Origin: Leptolyngbyaceae cyanobacterium
GTDB taxonomy: Bacteria > Cyanobacteriota > Cyanobacteriia > Phormidesmidales > Phormidesmidaceae
Reading direction: 5' to 3'
Length of the DNA stretch: 64,000 nt
Assembly (NCBI GenBank): GCA_050331235.1
Contig: JBHJHA010000060.1
Coordinates: 1 to 64,000, forward strand
The notes beneath the pieces are model-generated. The model searched no databases. It saw only the letters and a list, made by a program, of their open reading frames with translations, and had not been told where the DNA came from. Position numbers and translations under genes: made by a program. Positions 59,065 through 64,000 of the stretch are shown here, piece by piece; position 1 is the first letter of the stretch, and each line of letters begins with the position of its first letter.

Positions 59065-59808
59065 GTGTTTACAGTTCACTGTCAGGGTGTGCGATTTGAG
59101 GCGATCTCAGCCATCCTGTGGGATAAAGACGGTACCTTAGCCGACTCCCACAGCTTTTTAAGGACTTTGGCAGAGCGGCGATCGCGCCTGCTCGATCAGC
59201 ACGTGCCCGGCGTTTATGCCCAGCTTATGGCAGCCTTTGGCTGTGGGGAAGTACAGTATGATCCCGCCGGTTTGATGGCGGTTGGCACCCGCTATGACAA
59301 TGAAGTGGCCGCCGCCACCCTAGTAGCGATGACAGGAAGGCCCTGGGCAGACGCTTTGGCGCTGGCTCAAGATGTCTTTGTTGAGAGCGATCGCAGTTTG
59401 TCTCACAAAGCCCCTCTAACGCCTCCCCTGCCTGATATTCCTCCACTGCTCACAGCGCTGCAGCAAATGGGACTGAAACAGGCAATTTTGTCCGGCGACA
59501 CCACCCAAAATATTCAAGATTTTGTTGCCCACTATCAACTAGAGGCGGCGATCGCCTGGTGCGCCGGCAGTAAGGTGCCCCCTGGTAAGCCCGATCCTCA
59601 GATGGTGCGAACCGCCTGTGTAAAACTGGGAGTGCAGCCTGATCAGTGTTTGGTTGTGGGGGACTCTGGTTTGGACCTGCAGCTGGCGCGAAATGCTGGT
59701 TGTGGCGGATTCGTCAGTGTGACCTGGGGCGGCAGTCCGGCGATTGTGGGAGCTGATGCCGTGTTGACCCACCCGCAGCAGTGGCAATGCGAACCGTCTC
59801 CAACCTAG
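59065..59808 (+). CDS. HAD-family hydrolase
   Basis: DKDGTL motif I, KPDP, VGDS..D. Confidence 0.85.
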   Translation: MFTVHCQGVRFEAISAILWDKDGTLADSHSFLRTLAERRSRLLDQHVPGVYAQLMAAFGCGEVQYDPAGLMAVGTRYDNEVAAATLVAMTGRPWADALALAQDVFVESDRSLSHKAPLTPPLPDIPPLLTALQQMGLKQAILSGDTTQNIQDFVAHYQLEAAIAWCAGSKVPPGKPDPQMVRTACVKLGVQPDQCLVVGDSGLDLQLARNAGCGGFVSVTWGGSPAIVGADAVLTHPQQWQCEPSPT

Positions 59809-59877
59809 TGAAATGGCGATAGCCTGAGAAACAGCTGGCTTCAGCTTGCTGGTAAACGTCCTCTATCAAGAACTCAG

Positions 59878-60447
59878 ATGATGGCAAACTCCACATGGGC
59901 GCTTAAGGAATGGGCTGTCGTTGTCGATGCGCTGCTTTCGGGCGACTTGATTCTCCTGGTGCGAAAAGGCGGTATTCGAGAACAGCGGCCAGTATTTGAA
60001 GTGCCGAGCGATCGCGCACTGCTGTTTCCTACCTATGAGCATCAGCAGGTGGCGGCACTGCGATCGCCCTGGCAGTCACAGCTCCGGTCACAAGCGGTGT
60101 ATGAGGTTGGGGCCTCGGTATCGCTTTCTGGCTGGGCCGAAGTCACCCACCAACTGCCTCTGAAGGGCTCCGATGTGATTGAGCAGCTCCATCCATTTCA
60201 CATCTGGACCGATGCTTGGCTCACCGAGCGCCTCGCCTGGAAGCCGGAGCGACCTGCTTTTGGCCTCTTGCTACGGGCCTATTGTCTCAGCCAGCCGGTG
60301 TTGTTGACCTATCAAAAACACCACGGCGGCTGCCGTTCCTGGCTGGAGCTCGATGACTTTGCCGAGCTACCCATCAAAACCCCAGTATTGTCGGAGCTAG
60401 ACTACCAACAGCGGGTTAAGGATATCCAGCAGGCGATCGCGAGCTAA
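59878..60447 (+). CDS. DUF1802-family protein
   Basis: ALKEWA, RKGGIRE, LFPTYEHQ, GGCRSW. Confidence 0.82.
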   Translation: MMANSTWALKEWAVVVDALLSGDLILLVRKGGIREQRPVFEVPSDRALLFPTYEHQQVAALRSPWQSQLRSQAVYEVGASVSLSGWAEVTHQLPLKGSDVIEQLHPFHIWTDAWLTERLAWKPERPAFGLLLRAYCLSQPVLLTYQKHHGGCRSWLELDDFAELPIKTPVLSELDYQQRVKDIQQAIAS

Positions 60448-60899
60448 TCCAGCTTTTTACAGTAGCGCTACGGATAAGGCGATTCCCCACTGCCACCTTC
60501 CCCTTGTGAATGACTCCCGATAAAAGTCGTCCTGCCGCTGACGTCGCAAACCTTCCATAACCAGGTTGTCCAGCTGAAAAGCTGCGGCCCATCACTCGCT
60601 CCGCACCTCAGGTTGAACCCAATGCCCACAGACAGCCCCATCTGCGAGGTCCAGAACACCAGCTCGTCTTGGTCGTAGGACGTGCAAACTTGGATGACGG
60701 TTGAGGGAAATTCAAATTCACCCCAGTTGCCACGCCATCACGCAGTCCGTCTAGCCGTGTTACGACCCGCTACAGGCGATCGCCAAAACCAGGGCAGAGG
60801 ATGAAGCACACCTTGAGACTAGACCTCAGTACCTAGCTCCTAATCCCTCGCCCCGTCCACGAACAATCTGTGCTGAGTCAGCTTGAGGACCGTTATCAA

Positions 60900-62294
60900 T
60901 CAAGGCCATTCGGCAGCGATCAAATCCTGGACAGCAGCCTGCAAATCGTTCGTCAGGCTAGCGACTGCTTGGCGCCGGTTCGCTTTGTAAGCAGGCCAGC
61001 GATCGCTCACGTTCAGCGGCTCGCCAATGGAGAGATAGGCAACCTGATCGCCCAAGGGAGGCCGCGGAAAAGGATTTTTACCTTTAATCCGGACGATGGT
61101 GTCACGCAGCAGCAACAGCGTTTCGGCAAACCTTTCGACGGTGGGCTTTTCTTGCACATAGCGTCCCGTGACCGCCACAAAACTCTCAACCAGGCGCATA
61201 TGCCACATTCTTAAACTGGCTTCTTCTGCAATGCGATCGGCCAGCCCGCGCTCTGTCGGCGAAAATCGACTTTTCTCAGGCCTCAACTCTTCCCGGTAAA
61301 TCCAGTCCCATCCCGCCTGTTCAATCTTGCGGCAGCGGTCAATCACCGATCCTTTGGAGGGGATATGGAAAAACGACTCAGCCACTTCCAAGGCGGCATT
61401 TAGCAAGCGATTTAAGCGCTCAGGCAAATCAGCCTCCCCTGATTCATTCGCTGGGAGCGGCATTTGGAAAAAGTCGCGGTAGTAAGACTCCATCAGCATT
61501 AACAGATGGTTGCCTAGGTTGAGTAACCGGGGATAGAGCACCTGAGCGATCGCGGTGGGTTCAGACGGTAGACTGTGGGCCGCGGCAGCTTGGGGCGCGA
61601 TACCGATATCAGCCTCCAGTTCGGCCAACAGAGCTGCTAACGCTGGCCAAGGTGCCACTCGATAAAAGTATTGAATGCCCAATGGTAAAATCACTACCGG
61701 CTCGCTGCGATCGACTTTCAGCAAATCATCCACACACCAAAAGCCAAACTGGGCAATGCCCGGCTCAAACGGACTGACAACTTCAGTGTGGCCGTTGTTA
61801 GCTCCCTCCGGAGCGGCCGCCATGGGAAATTGGCCGTTGGCAAAGAGGTTGCGCGCTGACTTGAGTCCCTGACGATCCACCTTGCCGCGCTGAATCGACG
61901 TGCCTCCGAGGCGGGCGTAAAATCCCCCCAACCAGTCGCCAGCCCAGAGGGGAATGCCGCGATCATAGATGAAGTGAACGTGGGGAGTCCCCGGTAGTGA
62001 TTGCCCCTGCTGGCGGGCGATCGCCGGTAGCTCATTCCACAGCAAATTCATCAAACAGTAAGCATCATCAGGACTGGGATGCCGAAAAGCAATGAGAAAC
62101 CGCACTTCACCGGCCTGAAACTGACGAAACAGCTCGATGAGCGTCTCAGCGCCACGGACGTCGAGCTTTTTGACACTGCATCGAAAGCGCATCCACCACG
62201 GCAGAAAGGTCTTCGCGGCCCATAACACCTTGGGGTCAAAGTTGGGCGGCAAAAAATCTAACGGAGGCTGGGCATAGTGGGGCGTGTGAGTCAT
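60900..62294 (-). CDS. Phospholipid/glycerol acyltransferase family protein
   Basis: HxxxxD motif (RHPSPDD), APEG; long cyanobacterial form. Confidence 0.8.
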   Translation of the reverse strand: MTHTPHYAQPPLDFLPPNFDPKVLWAAKTFLPWWMRFRCSVKKLDVRGAETLIELFRQFQAGEVRFLIAFRHPSPDDAYCLMNLLWNELPAIARQQGQSLPGTPHVHFIYDRGIPLWAGDWLGGFYARLGGTSIQRGKVDRQGLKSARNLFANGQFPMAAAPEGANNGHTEVVSPFEPGIAQFGFWCVDDLLKVDRSEPVVILPLGIQYFYRVAPWPALAALLAELEADIGIAPQAAAAHSLPSEPTAIAQVLYPRLLNLGNHLLMLMESYYRDFFQMPLPANESGEADLPERLNRLLNAALEVAESFFHIPSKGSVIDRCRKIEQAGWDWIYREELRPEKSRFSPTERGLADRIAEEASLRMWHMRLVESFVAVTGRYVQEKPTVERFAETLLLLRDTIVRIKGKNPFPRPPLGDQVAYLSIGEPLNVSDRWPAYKANRRQAVASLTNDLQAAVQDLIAAEWP

Positions 62295-62430
62295 GACCGC
62301 GGCTGTCCAAAAGGGGCTGTCCGGCAGAAATCCTGCCCTCTGACCGCTAGTTTAGGTGACAAGCAAGGCGTCGCGATCGCTCCGCCATGGAGTTTTGTCG
62401 GTTACTCCAGCTCAGCTGTAACCATGGCCG

Positions 62431-63531
62431 TTAGTCTGCGCTGAGATGGTATTGCTGGGTACCCGGAACACTATTGATATACCCCATCAGCTCCAGCTGA
62501 GTCAGCGCACTGAGAATATCACCGGTGGATAAGTCCGTAGCCTGCTGCACAATCGCATCGAGCGATCGCGCCTCCGGTGTGAGCGTTTGCAAAACGGTCA
62601 ATAGTATCGGTGGCAAATTAGGAGTAGGCCGGCTTGCGAGGGCCACTGTCTCCACAGGCATCGCGCCCAAGGCCCCAATCAGCGTATCCTCTTGCAAAAT
62701 CATCTGGGCACCTTGGCTCAAGATATCTAAACAGCCATGGCAACGCCAATTGTCTAAACTACCTGGAATGGCAAACACATCACGACCGTAGTCATTGGCG
62801 AGTTTGGCCGTGATGAGAGCCCCCGATTTTCGGGGAGCTTCGCTGACCAAAGTGGCTCGGCTCAAACCAGCAATAATACGATTGCGCTTAGGGAAATGCA
62901 TTTTTTCGGGTTGAGTGCCCGGCGGGTGTTCACTGATCAACAGGCCGTGCTCCGCGATCGCGCTCTGGAGAGCCCGATTGCGATAGGGATAAACGATGTC
63001 AACCCCAGTGCCCAGTACTGCAATGGTTTGCCCCTGCGCCTCGAGACAGCTCTCATGGGCCACGCGATCGATACCATCGGCCAATCCCGATAACACTAAA
63101 AAACCAGCCCGACTCAAGCTTGTCGTCAGACGACGAGTCCACCGCTTGCCATACTCCGACGGGCTGCGGGTGCCAACAATGCCCACAGCTGGAATCTGGT
63201 CGCAGGCCGTCAACAATTCTAAGCGCCCGGCATAGTAGAGTACCGGGGGTGGATCTGGGATTTCGTACAGCAGGGTAGGGTAGGCATCGTCCGCCGGGGT
63301 GACAAAGTTTCCCGGAGCCCGCACCGCTGCCGTTAGATCAATTTTGGGCCGATGTTCCGCGATCGCCCAGGCTAGCTTGAGCCCAATGCCCTCGACCCTC
63401 AATAACTCCTCCGGGGCAGCGGCCCAAGCAGCGGCCAAAGAGCCAAACTGCTGAGCCAACCGTTTTTGCAAAATGGGACCCAGTCCTGGTATGTGACTCC
63501 AAGCAAACCAAAACGCGCGCTCTTTCGCCAA
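62431..63531 (-). CDS. dprA: DNA-processing protein DprA
   Basis: IPDPPPVLY, IVGTR, SGLADGID, FPKRNRIIAGLS, SGALITA, C-terminal winged helix. TTG at 63531 with GGGAG SD preferred. Confidence 0.93.
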   Translation of the reverse strand: MAKERAFWFAWSHIPGLGPILQKRLAQQFGSLAAAWAAAPEELLRVEGIGLKLAWAIAEHRPKIDLTAAVRAPGNFVTPADDAYPTLLYEIPDPPPVLYYAGRLELLTACDQIPAVGIVGTRSPSEYGKRWTRRLTTSLSRAGFLVLSGLADGIDRVAHESCLEAQGQTIAVLGTGVDIVYPYRNRALQSAIAEHGLLISEHPPGTQPEKMHFPKRNRIIAGLSRATLVSEAPRKSGALITAKLANDYGRDVFAIPGSLDNWRCHGCLDILSQGAQMILQEDTLIGALGAMPVETVALASRPTPNLPPILLTVLQTLTPEARSLDAIVQQATDLSTGDILSALTQLELMGYINSVPGTQQYHLSAD

Positions 63532-63692
63532 GATGATGCTCCCTTTTTTGGGCAGTGACACAGGAGGAGCGTGACGCCTTCGTCGAAAGTGGTTTCCAAC
63601 CGCTACCAATAAGTCTGGCGGTCTGATCGGCGTTACACTCACATTTCCATATGTCGCCTTAGAGTACCCGTCATCGGATCGTAAGACACTCG

Positions 63693-64000
63693 TTAAGAAG
63701 CGCTTGGGGTCGGCTGCTGTCGCTGCTGCTCTAGATAAGTAAAAACGGTCTTGTCCCCAATATCCGGGGGAATCGGCTGTACCCCTTTACGCAGAGCGAA
63801 AATCACAAAGTTCGCTGCCCACAAAGCTAGTAAAAAGGCTTTCCACTGGAGCGGCAAAAAGCCAAACAAATGACCTAGCAGCAAAATCGGCACGAGGGGG
63901 GTCAACACCTTCGTTTCCAATCGGTTAAAGCAAAAGGCTTCTTTAAAGTAAATGCCTGTTAGAGCCGCAAAGGTAAACCCCACCCCCCATAGGGAAGCCG
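63693..64000 (-). CDS. DUF2301-like membrane protein, 3' part (runs off the window end)
   Basis: ALTGIYFKEAFCF and DIGDKTVF motifs. Confidence 0.75.
   Translation of the reverse strand, partial: ASLWGVGFTFAALTGIYFKEAFCFNRLETKVLTPLVPILLLGHLFGFLPLQWKAFLLALWAANFVIFALRKGVQPIPPDIGDKTVFTYLEQQRQQPTPSAS

Noticed and set aside
60448..60899. Possible gene remnant or small ORF (60468-60659) between DUF1802 and the acyltransferase
   Set aside because: Translating the three minus-strand frames gave no recognisable motif, and there is no convincing start or SD.

Overview
Chromosomal window from a beta-cyanobacterium: the HIP1 octamer GCGATCGC is abundant, and beta-carboxysome genes, psaC, cpcT and cruFG are present. 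A filamentous Leptolyngbya/Nodosilinea-like strain is plausible but unverified. Contents in order: CO2-uptake ndhD4 (partial) and ndhF4, divergent from ccmK2-K1-L-M-N-O; miaA and gyrB; a CuA-less haem-copper oxidase operon (two DUF2231 genes + ctaCDE, ARTO type); futC; cruG-cruF; a CofE-like/GNAT/ruvX/DUF3727/mltG/yqeG/pgeF cluster; a cation:H+ antiporter; hisC; glyQ; dacB; a PEP-CTERM protein; a multi-GAF pseudo-kinase; pyrD; psaC; acpP-fabF-tkt; tlyA; cpcT; an ABC-2 permease pair; rps1; an accessory cluster of exported proteins (52.8-58.9 kb); HAD, DUF1802, an acyltransferase, dprA and a partial DUF2301 gene. The strongest novelty candidate is the 52.8-58.9 kb cluster. It encodes a lipoprotein that fuses an MliC-like (c-type) and a PliG-like (g-type) lysozyme-inhibitor domain and shares an unnamed C-terminal domain with a nearby secreted protein, next to an LppP/LprE-like protein, a secreted serine hydrolase and a VanZ-RDD protein. 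Other notable items: a candidate sRNA/micro-ORF between yqeG and pgeF, a catalytically dead CcmM gamma-CA domain, and in-frame amber stops in ctaE and pgeF. The amber stops, together with several improbable substitutions in conserved genes, most likely reflect consensus errors. No rRNA, tRNA, CRISPR or IS element was recognised. All family assignments come from recalled motifs, not database searches.
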